Source: a virus
Strand: one strand, 5' to 3'
DNA: 64,000 nucleotides
IMG/VR virus record: IMGVR_UViG_3300024346_000022
Span: 32,748-96,747 of that record
The notes below the pieces were generated by a model that saw only the letters and a list, made by a program, of their open reading frames with translations, searched no databases and was not told where the DNA came from. Made by a program: the position numbers and the translations under genes. Of the stretch, positions 21,501 to 30,587 are shown piece after piece (position 1 is the first letter of the stretch; every line of letters starts with the position of its first letter).

Positions 21501-24281
21501 TGCAGTTACATTCTGCCCTACAAAGTTAATGGAATTAACATTATCCGCAGTTCCTACAACAGAACCTTCCTCACGAATTGTAATACCACTAATTGCACCA
21601 GCAGAAGCAGCAGCAACCCAATCTACTCCAGAACCAGTTGATGCAAGGACTTGTCCGGGTGCTCCAGATTCATTATCCTTATCAAAGAGAGAACCACGAA
21701 GTCTAATACCACCATTTACATCTAAGTTTGTTGTTGGATTTGTGGTTCCAATACCAACATAACCTTCTGGAGTTATTCTTAATCTCTCACTAATAACTGC
21801 ACCATCTAAAGTATAAAATCTCAAAGAACCTTGGTAATCAGTTCCCACATAATCGTCCCAACCTTCTATAAGAGCGACTGGTTGTGCAAGTTCTGATGCA
21901 TTTCCTCCAACTCTAAAATCAATTGCTCCTGCTTTTCTTCCGCCAGATACTTTAAATTGACTATTTGTAAGTCTTACTGTTGCAATACCAGTACCACCAG
22001 AAATTTCAAATGTTGCTGCAGGATTAGTAGCACCAATACCAAGATTACCAGAAACATAAGCACCACCAGTAACTTGAAGTCTTTGTGATGCGGTTCCTGT
22101 TGCTGATGTAGAGTTTATAACAATATTTCCAGAACTATCAACTCTCAATCTTTCTGCAGAAGCATTTACATCATAAACCCGAAGACCATCAAAACCAGCA
22201 GCAATTGAACCCGAACCAACTCTAAAGTTGTCTCCACCTGCTCCAGTTGCAGTAAAACCAATTTCCGCAATAGATGTTCCTTGAATATGAACACCATAGA
22301 TTGGATTATTGGTTCCAATACCAACATTACCACTTGCAGTAACAACAAAAGGAGTTTCATCAGGATTTGTAGAATCTTCAATTACAAGAGCATTACCAGT
22401 TCCAAGTTGAGTGATACGAACCATATCACTTGATGTAGTTCCAGAGAACAATCCAGCAATAGAAGTTGCTGTTGGAACTACATTTAAAGTTGCTCCTGGA
22501 TTTGTGGTTCCAATACCAACTCTTTGATTTGTTGCGTCATAAACAAAATTAGTTGCACCGGCAGATACATTATTATTGTTAAAAATAACTTGAGAGTTAG
22601 AACCTGCTATTGGTCCTACAAGACCTTGAGTACCCTGAAGACCTTGAGTTCCTTGAGTTCCTTGAGTACCCTGATTTCCTGTACCCTGAAGACCTTGAGT
22701 TCCTTGAGTTCCTTGGAGTCCTTGAGTACCTTGATTTCCTGTACCCTGGAGTCCTTGAGTTCCCTGTAATCCTTGAGTTCCTTGATTTCCTGTACCCTGA
22801 AGACCTTGTGTTCCTTGAGTTCCTTGAGTTCCTTGAGTTCCTTGAGTACCCTGATTTCCTGTACCCTGAAGACCTTGTGTTCCCTGAAGACCTTGAGTAC
22901 CCTGATTTCCTGTACCCTGAAGACCTTGAGTTCCTTGAGTTCCTTGGAGTCCTTGAGTACCCTGATTTCCTGTACCCTGAAGACCTTGAGTACCCTGAAG
23001 ACCTTGTGTACCTTGAGTACCCTGATTTCCTGTACCTTGGAGTCCTTGTGTTCCTTGGAGTCCTTGGAGTCCTTGAGTACCTTGATTTCCTGTACCTTGG
23101 AGTCCTTGTGTTCCTTGAGTTCCCTGAAGACCTTGAGTACCTTGATTTCCTGTGCCCTGAAGACCTTGTGTTCCTTGAGTTCCTTGGAGTCCTTGAGTAC
23201 CCTGATTTCCTGTACCCTGAAGACCTTGTGTTCCTTGAGTACCTTGTCTACCTTGAGTACCCTGATTTCCTGTACCCTGAAGACCTTGAGTTCCTTGAGT
23301 ACCTTGTCTACCTTGGAGTCCTTGAGTTCCCTGAAGACCTTGCAACGCAGCATTTTGAATTGTTGCCTTTCCTACAACTGTTCCACTTACATCATAAAGA
23401 GCAATAAAATCTCCACTCTGCGGATCGGCAATTAAAGGAAGACCATTAATATCAAGATTTGTAGCAGTTCCAATAAATCTGGTTGCGGTAATTTGACTAT
23501 CGGTAATATGAACTCCACCAACTGCCAAACGAACTCCATTTGGTACTTGAGTGGAACCAATACCAATTGCATAATTACTTAACCAAGCGTCAGTTCCAAG
23601 TCCAACAAAAGAACCTGCCTTAAACCACATAAACTTCTTATATGTGGCAGGTAATGTTTCAATACCAACAATATTGAGATTTACAAGAGGATTTCCTTCG
23701 GTGGAGGCAATCGCAATACCACCGTGATTTGCCGTATTATCTGTTGATATATCATTCCCATTTCCATCTGTACGAACTCCAAGAACAATATCAGCATCAG
23801 CAACTTTAAATGTTTCTGTGAATAAAGTAGCGGAAGTACCACCAATCGTAATGTTTCCATTTACATTTAAGTTACGATTAACCTGAAGGTCTCTGGAAAC
23901 TGTAACATCTTGTGGTGTTGTAAATTGATTTGGAATACTTAAGATTGGTGATGAACCTTCTCCGGTTCCGGTCGTAACCGTAATTTGATTTGCAGTTCCT
24001 GTGATGTTCTTAACATAATCACCAAAGGTATCAGTTCCAAGACCAACTGAATTTACAGTAACACTTGATGCTGTTGTTGCAGTTCCTGTTAAGTTTCCAA
24101 TAAATGTGGTTGCGGTTACAACACCAGTAAAGTTTCCATCACCAACTACGGTAAGTTTTGATGTTGCATTTGTGGTTCCGATTCCAACTTTGCCTACAGT
24201 TTGTATAACAGTTCTATCTTCACTATAAGAAGATAAACCTACTTTGAGTTCTCTTTGCCTGCCGCTGACGTACTTATCCAT
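18549..24281 (-). CDS. Long tail/whisker fibre with collagen-like Gly-X-Gln tracts (1910 aa)
   Basis: Three (GTQ/GLQ)n tracts, GNVGIGTTNP fibre repeats, internally duplicated modules. Confidence 0.85.
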   Translation of the reverse strand: MDKYVSGRQRELKVGLSSYSEDRTVIQTVGKVGIGTTNATSKLTVVGDGNFTGVVTATTFIGNLTGTATTASSVTVNSVGLGTDTFGDYVKNITGTANQITVTTGTGEGSSPILSIPNQFTTPQDVTVSRDLQVNRNLNVNGNITIGGTSATLFTETFKVADADIVLGVRTDGNGNDISTDNTANHGGIAIASTEGNPLVNLNIVGIETLPATYKKFMWFKAGSFVGLGTDAWLSNYAIGIGSTQVPNGVRLAVGGVHITDSQITATRFIGTATNLDINGLPLIADPQSGDFIALYDVSGTVVGKATIQNAALQGLQGTQGLQGRQGTQGTQGLQGTGNQGTQGRQGTQGTQGLQGTGNQGTQGLQGTQGTQGLQGTGNQGTQGLQGTQGTQGLQGTGNQGTQGLQGLQGTQGLQGTGNQGTQGTQGLQGTQGLQGTGNQGTQGLQGTQGTQGLQGTGNQGTQGLQGTQGLQGTGNQGTQGTQGTQGTQGTQGLQGTGNQGTQGLQGTQGLQGTGNQGTQGLQGTQGTQGLQGTGNQGTQGTQGTQGLQGTQGLVGPIAGSNSQVIFNNNNVSAGATNFVYDATNQRVGIGTTNPGATLNVVPTATSIAGLFSGTTSSDMVRITQLGTGNALVIEDSTNPDETPFVVTASGNVGIGTNNPIYGVHIQGTSIAEIGFTATGAGGDNFRVGSGSIAAGFDGLRVYDVNASAERLRVDSSGNIVINSTSATGTASQRLQVTGGAYVSGNLGIGATNPAATFEISGGTGIATVRLTNSQFKVSGGRKAGAIDFRVGGNASELAQPVALIEGWDDYVGTDYQGSLRFYTLDGAVISERLRITPEGYVGIGTTNPTTNLDVNGGIRLRGSLFDKDNESGAPGQVLASTGSGVDWVAAASAGAISGITIREEGSVVGTADNVNSINFVGQNVTATASGTASTITIADYVSNAGIATNLKGGVIGNIPYQSASDTTVFLANGTPGYVLASNGVGATPTWVAAASAGAITGITIREEGSVVGTPGNVNSINFVSGNLTATSSGVGATITLTNNPTFTGLTVNGATNINSNLNVTGNITVGGTTAFLVVNELQVKDKDIVLGFTTNSFGQDVSTDTTANHGGISIASTEGTPLIDINVVGIDSIPSTYKQIMWIKGGTLGAGTTDAWLFNYGVGIGSTQVPNGVRLAVGGVHITDSQITATRFNGTATNLDINGLPTVTDPQSSDFIALYDVTGNVVGKATIQNAALQGVQGTQGLQGTGNQGTQGTQGTQGLQGTGNQGTQGLQGTQGTQGLQGTGNQGTQGTQGTQGTQGLQGTGNQGTQGLQGASDGGFVVFDDTTTNSNWYVGIISVTSGIAKTAQVSSTKLQFNPSTGALGIGTVIDIIPYDTLNSGTLSWEGSAGQLFSITNNLTSGSIFSVNDVSGIPSIDVDANGTIQLGPYGGNIGLGTTNPTSKLHVQGDVRITGVSTFGGLVELDGALRDINNNVGAAGSVLVSTGAGVSWTTPFAAGLQGLQGTQGLQGTQGLQGLSNQGVQGTQGLQGLQGLQGSGTQGTQGLQGTQGLQGTQGLQGLSNQGVQGTQGLQGTQGVQGLQGLQGSGTQGTQGLQGTQGLQGTQGLQGLSNQGVQGTQGLQGTQGLQGTQGLQGSGTQGTQGLQGTQGLQGTQGLQGLSNQGVQGTQGLQGTQGLQGTQGLQGLSNQGVQGTQGLQGTQGLQGTQGLQGTSDGGVTVFDNTTTNSNWYVGILSVTSGIARTSYISSTKLVFNPSSGNLGIGTTNPTTTVSVAGSFTATDTRIQSLAEKSIRVSGNTVSLVYNIGGGNIAICTNPTGPITLNVTGIPTDSTFDNSVLTFTVVAIQTSIGYACTTVNLNGTARTVRYPGSVVSTASTTSYDIFNFTGINTIGSASTTANYQVLGIVNGNFK
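19145..19790 (-). repeat. Collagen-like tandem repeat tract C
   Basis: 9-bp period units such as CCTTGAGTA and CCTGAAGT encoding GTQ/GLQ, with GLSNQ and GSGTQ breaks. Confidence 0.9.
20330..20575 (-). repeat. Collagen-like tandem repeat tract B
   Basis: GTQ/GLQ triplets with GTGNQ breaks. Confidence 0.9.
22619..23345 (-). repeat. Collagen-like tandem repeat tract A
   Basis: GTQ/GLQ triplets with GTGNQ breaks; frequent 60-bp higher-order period. Confidence 0.9.
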
Positions 24282-24284
24282 TTG

Positions 24285-24632
24285 CTAGTTGAGAGTTTCT
24301 AAGATACTTGCTATGAACTTAATATTAGTATTACTACTTGCAGAAAATCTAAGAACATCACTTGATTCTAGAACTAATTTTCCCGACAACAAATTTGCAG
24401 TATCATTTCCAGAGATAGGATATGACAAAATAATTTCAGTCGTAACTGCAATTCCAGTTCTTTTATTAGTTCTTTGATGTGCGAATGAAACTGTTTGAGT
24501 TTGTGTCCCAATGTTTGCTGCCTGTGCTAAAAGTACAACTCCAGTATATCCAACTGGAGATGTATAAATGCCAACATTATTAGTACTGCCAACAGCAGTT
24601 ATCGTCTTGAATACATTAAGTGCTAATGCCAT
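24285..24632 (-). CDS. Small virion structural protein
   Basis: GKLVLESSD...SILET motif typical of fibre-associated cyanophage proteins. Confidence 0.6.
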   Translation of the reverse strand: MALALNVFKTITAVGSTNNVGIYTSPVGYTGVVLLAQAANIGTQTQTVSFAHQRTNKRTGIAVTTEIILSYPISGNDTANLLSGKLVLESSDVLRFSASSNTNIKFIASILETLN

Positions 24633-24635
24633 TAT

Positions 24636-27600
24636 TTAATCTCCTCCTAGTGCTAGAATAAATGGTGTGATGGTAGAAAATAAACTCTTTGAATAAAATG
24701 TACCAGAAATAGTACCAGCCTGCTGATCAATTACAACGCCATCACCAATTCTAAAGTTTCCTGATTGGTCGGTACTTGTAAATACAACTAGTCCACCATT
24801 ACGGGCATCAGTTTCATTTTCCTGAATAGGAACACCACCAGTTGCAGGAAGAGCAGTTGCAATTTCAGTACCAGAACCAATATATTCTAGTGAATGACCT
24901 GTTGCCAAAACACGACTCTGTTTGAAAAATGGAACCAGTGTTCCTATTCCAACGTCATAAGGAACATTATCATTTATCGTGATCGTACAAATACCAGCAG
25001 AAATTGGCGTAGAACTTAATATTGAATAATAAGTTGGAACCATTATAGGTATCGCTACTGCTGTATTTATTCCAACTTCAGGACCGGTTAATGTAACAGT
25101 TGGAGTATAAGTATATCCTCTACCACTAGAAACCATATCAATTGAAACCACCACTCCATCTTTAACTTCGGCAACTGCCTGTGCCGCAACTCCAAAATTA
25201 GTTTCTGGATCAGATATATCAATTTCCGGAGAGATAAAATATCCAGATCCACCATTACTCACTAATATCTTTTCTACTGTATAATAAAGTTTACTAAAAT
25301 ATACAACCTGACCATCAAATGGTCTTATAACATTAATTTTTGCCGTGCCTGTATTGGGAACATAAGTATGCGGTAATGTAGAAACTCCAACATTCGCAGT
25401 AAACACGGTGCTTGCCCTTGATGCAGTAGTTGGAATACTAGAAGTATTTCCTGATGCAATTGATGTAGTAAGAATTCCTACAAGGTTGTCAATAGTGTTC
25501 TTGACATTTGAACAGGAATCTTCATCCTGATTAGAACCGGTAAGAGGGTCTATCTGTAATGTTAAATCTTGGTAGTTCAGTAAATTATTAATTGCCTTTT
25601 TTGAATAATCTCTAACAGCATGGAATGCCGTAATTGACTCGGTTACTTCTCCAACTAATCCATTAGAAAGCGGATTTCCATTTATATCAAAATAAGATTC
25701 GGTTGCAATAATAATATTATTATTCGTAAATTCCTCTAAATCATCCGCAATAGCATCAACTACATATCCAATATCTCTACGACACTTATTTTGACCCGTT
25801 ACAAATATTCCGGGATTTATATTAATTGAATTTAGTACTGTTAAATTGCCACTACTAATTGCTTGGATGGAGATACCAACAAGAGTATCAATTGCATCCC
25901 GAACATTTGTGCAAGAATTAGGATTCGTATTTGAAGATATTCCAGAACTTGGAGTTGGATCAGCAGTAAGAGTTAAATCCTTTCTATTCAATTGATTTGT
26001 AATTGCTTTTTTGGCATATTCTCTTGCAGAAGCAAATGCATAAACAGACTCCGATTCTTCACCCAAAAGAGAAGTTGTAGCAGATCCAACATTATCAAAA
26101 TAAAACTTAGTAAAGGCAATAGAATATGAATTTCCACCAGTAAATATATCAGTAGAAATTGCATCAACAAAGTATCCCAAATCTCTGGCACATTTGTTTG
26201 TTGTTGAAATACCTAGATTTTCATTAAATGTTAATAATGAACCAGTTGTTCCAAGACCGATAACGGTGGTCACAATTCCAACAAGATTGTCAATATTTGA
26301 TTGGACATCGGCACAAGAATTTGGATTACCAGATTGTAAAACAAGTAAAGAAGTTCCTATTCCACCATAAGATGCTGGTCCAGAACTAATTCCAAGATTT
26401 TTAAAATTCAATTGATTTGTGATAGCCTTTTTCATCAAATCTCTAGACGCATTAAAGGCAGTTACAGATTCTACAGTTTCTCCGACTAACCCATTAGAAA
26501 TTGGATTTCCTGAGTTATCAAAATATTGAAGAGTAAAATCTCTAGAATACTTATTACCACCAGTAAATACATCAGTAGAAATGGCATCAATAAGATACCC
26601 AAGATCTCTCGCACACTTATATCCGCCAGGGGAACTTGTGGAACCAATACCAACACTTAAATTAAAATATCCAAAATTTGTATTTGGTAAAGAAGAGGTA
26701 TTTCCTGAACCAATTACCGTGGTTACAATTCCAACAAGATTATCAATATTCGTTCTAACATTGGCACAGGAACTTGGGTTTGTGTTCGATCCAGTTAATG
26801 GATCTGCAGTAATAGTTAAATCACTATAAGCAGCACCAACTAAAGTATTGGTGATTGCACTCTTCATTAATTGCCTTGCTTCAACAAATGCATAATTTGA
26901 TGCAACCTCCTCACCCTGAAGACCATTTGTAATTGGATTTCCAGCACTATCAAAATATTTTAAGGTAAATTGGCGAGAATAATTATTTCCACCAGTTAAA
27001 ATGTCTGTTGAAATTGCATCTATAAAAAATCCAAGATCTCTTTTACATTTTTCCTCAGAAGTTGCAATTCCCGGATATACATTATAAGTATTCGTCCAGG
27101 CAATGCTTACAACTACATCCTTATTTTTTTGAATTAATCTATAAGAATCAAAATATCTTGACCTAGAATTAGTCTGAATGTCTCCAGGGAAATAGAAATC
27201 TGAGTGTGCTATTGCAACTGATCCTAAAGATTTATCAACGATTTCTTGTTTATTAATTTGAATTAATCTCGATGCATCATAATATCTAGATCTAGCATTA
27301 GTTTCTGGTTCATCCGGAAAATAAAAATCTGACGGAAATCCAACAGCAATTGATGCAAGTGATTTATCTACAATTTCTTGCTTGTTCTGTTGAATTAATC
27401 TATATGAATCATAGAATCTAGAATACTGTGTTGTCTGAGGATCACCGGGAAAATAAAAATCAGGATGATTGAGGGCAATTGCCGCAAGTGATTTATCTTG
27501 TATTTCTGTTCTATTTGCACGAATTGAATTTGCCGCATCAACATATCTTCCCGGAGCAACAGTTTTTGTCTCAAATACATATCCCTTATTACCACTTGGA

Positions 27601-28640
27601 TATGTAACAATTCCAGGACCAGAAGGGCAACTAAACTGAAGTCCGGAAAGAGAAATACCCATACCAACCGTGAATTTATGAGCACTATTGGTATAGGCAG
27701 TTAAAAGTCCTGTCCTATTATCATAAAGAGCATTTACTATATTTAAAGTTGGTACATTTAAATCAAGAACAAAAGTATCCGAATTTTCTGCCGCAGCACT
27801 TGTGACTATTCCTGTATATTTTAAGGGTCCTATACCATCGGAAATTAGTCCATAGTTACCAAAGGAAGAGTTTGAGTTTGTAAGATCACAAGCAGCACCA
27901 CTTCCACAAAAAACTGCAATATCACTACAAATTGTGAAGAGAGAAACTAACTGTGCATATCCCTCATTTGTAATTGAGATTCCAATACCACCTTGATTAT
28001 ATTGAGTATAAGAGTCAAGAACCATACTCTTAGTTGGTCCAATTGCTTTGGAACCATCAATTCTCATTCCAATACTTCCAGGAATAAAATTGGTTCCGTT
28101 CTGTACATAAGGTGATTGATCAAAATATCCTATTTGATCAGGATTAAAGGAGAAGATTGCCCTACCAGGATTCATCGTTCCGGTATAGGACATTTCTGCA
28201 ACATAAACCCCATTTGCCACATAGAACAAATCTTGATCTGGATTCTGTGGTGATACTGATACTTCTCTTAGACTATCACCGACGATTGAGACTTGTTCTG
28301 GAATGGTTAGAGGATTGTTCTCTATATAAGATCCAGCACTAACTTTAATAACTGATCCTGTTGTTGCCTGTGTGAGTGCTGCTCCAATTGTTCTTTTGGC
28401 GTCTCCGAGTTTGAGTCCGGTGTTTGTGTCGTTTCCGTCTTTTGTGACATATAAAATATTTGTGACTGTTGTTCCGGCACCGATGCGAATAATGTCAGTT
28501 CCTATTCCAGGACGATCCCTTCTACCCGTAAGTTCACCATCATAGGTATTATACGCTAGTTCGCCACTTAAGAGTTGATTGATTGTGGGTCTTTTGCCAG
28601 GAACAGCAGACCTTTTAATCCTAATTGGAGTTCCGTCCAT
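24636..28640 (-). CDS. Large virion structural / fibre protein (1334 aa) with internal repeats
   Basis: IRIKRSAVPGKRP...GELAYN N-terminus; YVTKDGND; four KCxRD(L/I)G(Y/F)xxDAI repeats; late promoter TATAAATA at 28692-28699. Confidence 0.75.
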   Translation of the reverse strand: MDGTPIRIKRSAVPGKRPTINQLLSGELAYNTYDGELTGRRDRPGIGTDIIRIGAGTTVTNILYVTKDGNDTNTGLKLGDAKRTIGAALTQATTGSVIKVSAGSYIENNPLTIPEQVSIVGDSLREVSVSPQNPDQDLFYVANGVYVAEMSYTGTMNPGRAIFSFNPDQIGYFDQSPYVQNGTNFIPGSIGMRIDGSKAIGPTKSMVLDSYTQYNQGGIGISITNEGYAQLVSLFTICSDIAVFCGSGAACDLTNSNSSFGNYGLISDGIGPLKYTGIVTSAAAENSDTFVLDLNVPTLNIVNALYDNRTGLLTAYTNSAHKFTVGMGISLSGLQFSCPSGPGIVTYPSGNKGYVFETKTVAPGRYVDAANSIRANRTEIQDKSLAAIALNHPDFYFPGDPQTTQYSRFYDSYRLIQQNKQEIVDKSLASIAVGFPSDFYFPDEPETNARSRYYDASRLIQINKQEIVDKSLGSVAIAHSDFYFPGDIQTNSRSRYFDSYRLIQKNKDVVVSIAWTNTYNVYPGIATSEEKCKRDLGFFIDAISTDILTGGNNYSRQFTLKYFDSAGNPITNGLQGEEVASNYAFVEARQLMKSAITNTLVGAAYSDLTITADPLTGSNTNPSSCANVRTNIDNLVGIVTTVIGSGNTSSLPNTNFGYFNLSVGIGSTSSPGGYKCARDLGYLIDAISTDVFTGGNKYSRDFTLQYFDNSGNPISNGLVGETVESVTAFNASRDLMKKAITNQLNFKNLGISSGPASYGGIGTSLLVLQSGNPNSCADVQSNIDNLVGIVTTVIGLGTTGSLLTFNENLGISTTNKCARDLGYFVDAISTDIFTGGNSYSIAFTKFYFDNVGSATTSLLGEESESVYAFASAREYAKKAITNQLNRKDLTLTADPTPSSGISSNTNPNSCTNVRDAIDTLVGISIQAISSGNLTVLNSININPGIFVTGQNKCRRDIGYVVDAIADDLEEFTNNNIIIATESYFDINGNPLSNGLVGEVTESITAFHAVRDYSKKAINNLLNYQDLTLQIDPLTGSNQDEDSCSNVKNTIDNLVGILTTSIASGNTSSIPTTASRASTVFTANVGVSTLPHTYVPNTGTAKINVIRPFDGQVVYFSKLYYTVEKILVSNGGSGYFISPEIDISDPETNFGVAAQAVAEVKDGVVVSIDMVSSGRGYTYTPTVTLTGPEVGINTAVAIPIMVPTYYSILSSTPISAGICTITINDNVPYDVGIGTLVPFFKQSRVLATGHSLEYIGSGTEIATALPATGGVPIQENETDARNGGLVVFTSTDQSGNFRIGDGVVIDQQAGTISGTFYSKSLFSTITPFILALGGD

Positions 28641-28704
28641 TTATTACATTCGGTATTTACCAAAATTAGACAGTATATACTGTCTTCAAGTTATTTATAA
28701 AACC

Positions 28705-29076
28705 TTATGACGCATTATTTTTTCTTGGGCGATAAGAATAAAGATTTGTGGGTGATGGAGGTTTCATCCAATTTTCTATTTTATCAAATCTTTCTTCACT
28801 ATAAAAATCTTGCTGGACATACCACAGTTTCCAGTGCTCGTGCCCTTTGGATTGATTACAAGAATGGCAAGAGCATACTACATTCGTGGTAGTATCTAAT
28901 CCACCTTTTGATTGAGGAAGTATGTGGTCTATTGTAAGATTATCTTCAGACTCACAATAGGCACACTTATGATTCCAACTCTCTTTGATATCTTTTCTCC
29001 ATATTCGTTTAGCATCCCCAGAACTTGTCGTATAAAGATTAAACAGGTACTCTTTAGGCGAATGGAGAGGTCCCAT
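28705..29076 (-). CDS. HNH endonuclease
   Basis: CAYC...TIDHILPQSKGG...NVVCSCHSCNQSKG. Confidence 0.9.
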   Translation of the reverse strand: MGPLHSPKEYLFNLYTTSSGDAKRIWRKDIKESWNHKCAYCESEDNLTIDHILPQSKGGLDTTTNVVCSCHSCNQSKGHEHWKLWYVQQDFYSEERFDKIENWMKPPSPTNLYSYRPRKNNAS

Positions 29077-29260
29077 AAGTTACTGCGACTTATGATTATT
29101 TAGAGTTATTGAGATGGTTTCTTTTAGACAAATCCAAATATAATGAAACTGTTCGGATAATGTTGTCTTATACTTCATTCTTCTTTATTTCTTCCAAAAT
29201 TATAACCCCAATATATGATATAGAGGTCTATGAGAACATTAAACCAATTGATGTTTTGTA

Positions 29261-29638
29261 TCATATCACTACAGGTTGTCCCTGACCTTCTGGAAGTTGT
29301 GGTGCTTTAGAAGAAACCACAGGGTTCTTATTTGAGTTTTTAATAACGATAAAGGCATCTTTTTGATAAGTAATTGTCCCATAAGGTTTAGACCACTTTG
29401 GATTTGCGTCTGGATGAGTTGCGGTTCCTGTCGCAGAACATCCACCAATATTGACCTCAAAAGTATCTTCACCAGTCCAACCAAGAGAACGCATTACCTG
29501 AAATACATCTTTCATTACATACTGAAACTTTGATTCCTCTCTTGATGCTAACGCAAGGTCATTAATCATTTTTGTGTATAGGTCGTCAATATTTTTTTCT
29601 CCGGAACGAAAAGGATTACCATAGGTTTCTTTTGTCAT
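29261..29638 (-). CDS. Hypothetical protein
   Basis: 125-aa ORF with phage-like codon use; no recognised motif. Confidence 0.55.
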   Translation of the reverse strand: MTKETYGNPFRSGEKNIDDLYTKMINDLALASREESKFQYVMKDVFQVMRSLGWTGEDTFEVNIGGCSATGTATHPDANPKWSKPYGTITYQKDAFIVIKNSNKNPVVSSKAPQLPEGQGQPVVI

Positions 29639-29770
29639 TTGGTTTTTATGTCTTTGTAGTATTATACGTCATTTATGAGGTTTTGTAAAGACTATTATAG
29701 TAGAGATATAAGGAAGAGGAACATACCGAATGCTATGAAGGCTGCGAGGATAAATACAAATAAAATTCTT

Positions 29771-30166
29771 ATGAAAACTTATAAAGAATTTATATCAATA
29801 CTTGAAAAGTTTAAACCATTTCCTGAAGATAGTGTAAGTAGACAAATTGAAAGAAAAAAGAAAAGTGGTTCTAATGAAGATGCTCATAAGATGAAGGTTG
29901 CTAAAAATTTTATGACTAAATCAGGTAATAGTAATAATGCAAAAAGGTCAGTAGATACTATTAAAAAGAATTTATATGCAACTGTTCATAAAGGAAACCC
30001 AGACGGTATTAATGCTAAAAATGTGGATGTTATTAGTAGGATTGTAAAAGGGCACACTAAAAAGTCTAAATTAAAAGATTTAGACCAACAGTCGGATTTT
30101 AACAAGAAAAACAAAGACGCAAAAAATAAACTCAATAAAATATATCAAAGAAATGAAAATACCTGA
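29771..30166 (+). CDS. Basic protein with a T4 internal-protein-like capsid-targeting N-terminus
   Basis: Starts MKTYKEFISILE; Lys-rich; ATAAATA about 15 nt upstream. Confidence 0.65.
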   Translation: MKTYKEFISILEKFKPFPEDSVSRQIERKKKSGSNEDAHKMKVAKNFMTKSGNSNNAKRSVDTIKKNLYATVHKGNPDGINAKNVDVISRIVKGHTKKSKLKDLDQQSDFNKKNKDAKNKLNKIYQRNENT

Positions 30167-30524
30167 AAAAACAAAATTATTAGAATTGTATTCTTATGGT
30201 ATTGAAAGTTTTGTATTAAATCTTCAAGATTACTTAAAGACTGATAATAAGGTATCCGAATTAAAATCTCATATTGGATTTAAACTTTCAGAAATTTCTG
30301 GTATCATATTTGATTATAATGGAGACAAAAAATTATTCCTGATGAGATTAAAGAGAAATAAGAAGCAAACGGTTACTTACTGCCTTGAACTATTATCTGT
30401 TGAATGGTGTGAAGATATTATAGTTCTTATGAAAAGGATTAGTAATAAAAAACACTGCTGGAGAATAGTTCAAGATAAAAAGTTAGAGTATTCTTGGGAT
30501 TTTATTGAGAACATTTTTGATTAA
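30153..30524 (+). CDS. Hypothetical protein
   Basis: 123-aa ORF overlapping the upstream stop; ends at the direct repeat. Confidence 0.6.
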   Translation: MKIPEKTKLLELYSYGIESFVLNLQDYLKTDNKVSELKSHIGFKLSEISGIIFDYNGDKKLFLMRLKRNKKQTVTYCLELLSVEWCEDIIVLMKRISNKKHCWRIVQDKKLEYSWDFIENIFD

Positions 30525-30586
30525 AGTAGAGATATAAGGAAGAGGAACATACCGAATGCTATGAAGGTTGCGAGGATTGTTAGCAT
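30521..30586 (-). CDS. Hydrophobic micropeptide (21 aa); most of it is the duplicated repeat
   Basis: MLTILATFIAFGMFLFLISLL; starts just after the upstream gene's stop. Confidence 0.4.
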   Translation of the reverse strand: MLTILATFIAFGMFLFLISLL

Positions 30587-30587
30587 T

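Larger units (their letters stand above)
29699..30577. mobile_element. Two-gene cassette bounded by a 53-bp direct repeat (29699-29751 and 30525-30577)
   Basis: AGTAGAGATATAAGGAAGAGGAACATACCGAATGCTATGAAGG(C/T)TGCGAGGAT, 52/53 identical; enclosed genes run opposite to the flanking genes. Confidence 0.7.

Noticed and set aside
19145-23345. CRISPR-like array in the repetitive tracts
   Set aside because: Repeats are in-frame coding triplets with no unique spacers; the Cas4-like gene at 6747 is the usual T4-like exonuclease
18902-23435. Alternative-frame and antisense ORFs (LEYLE, LSTLSS, VLKEL repeats)
   Set aside because: Shadows of the 9-bp collagen repeat, which lacks stops in several frames
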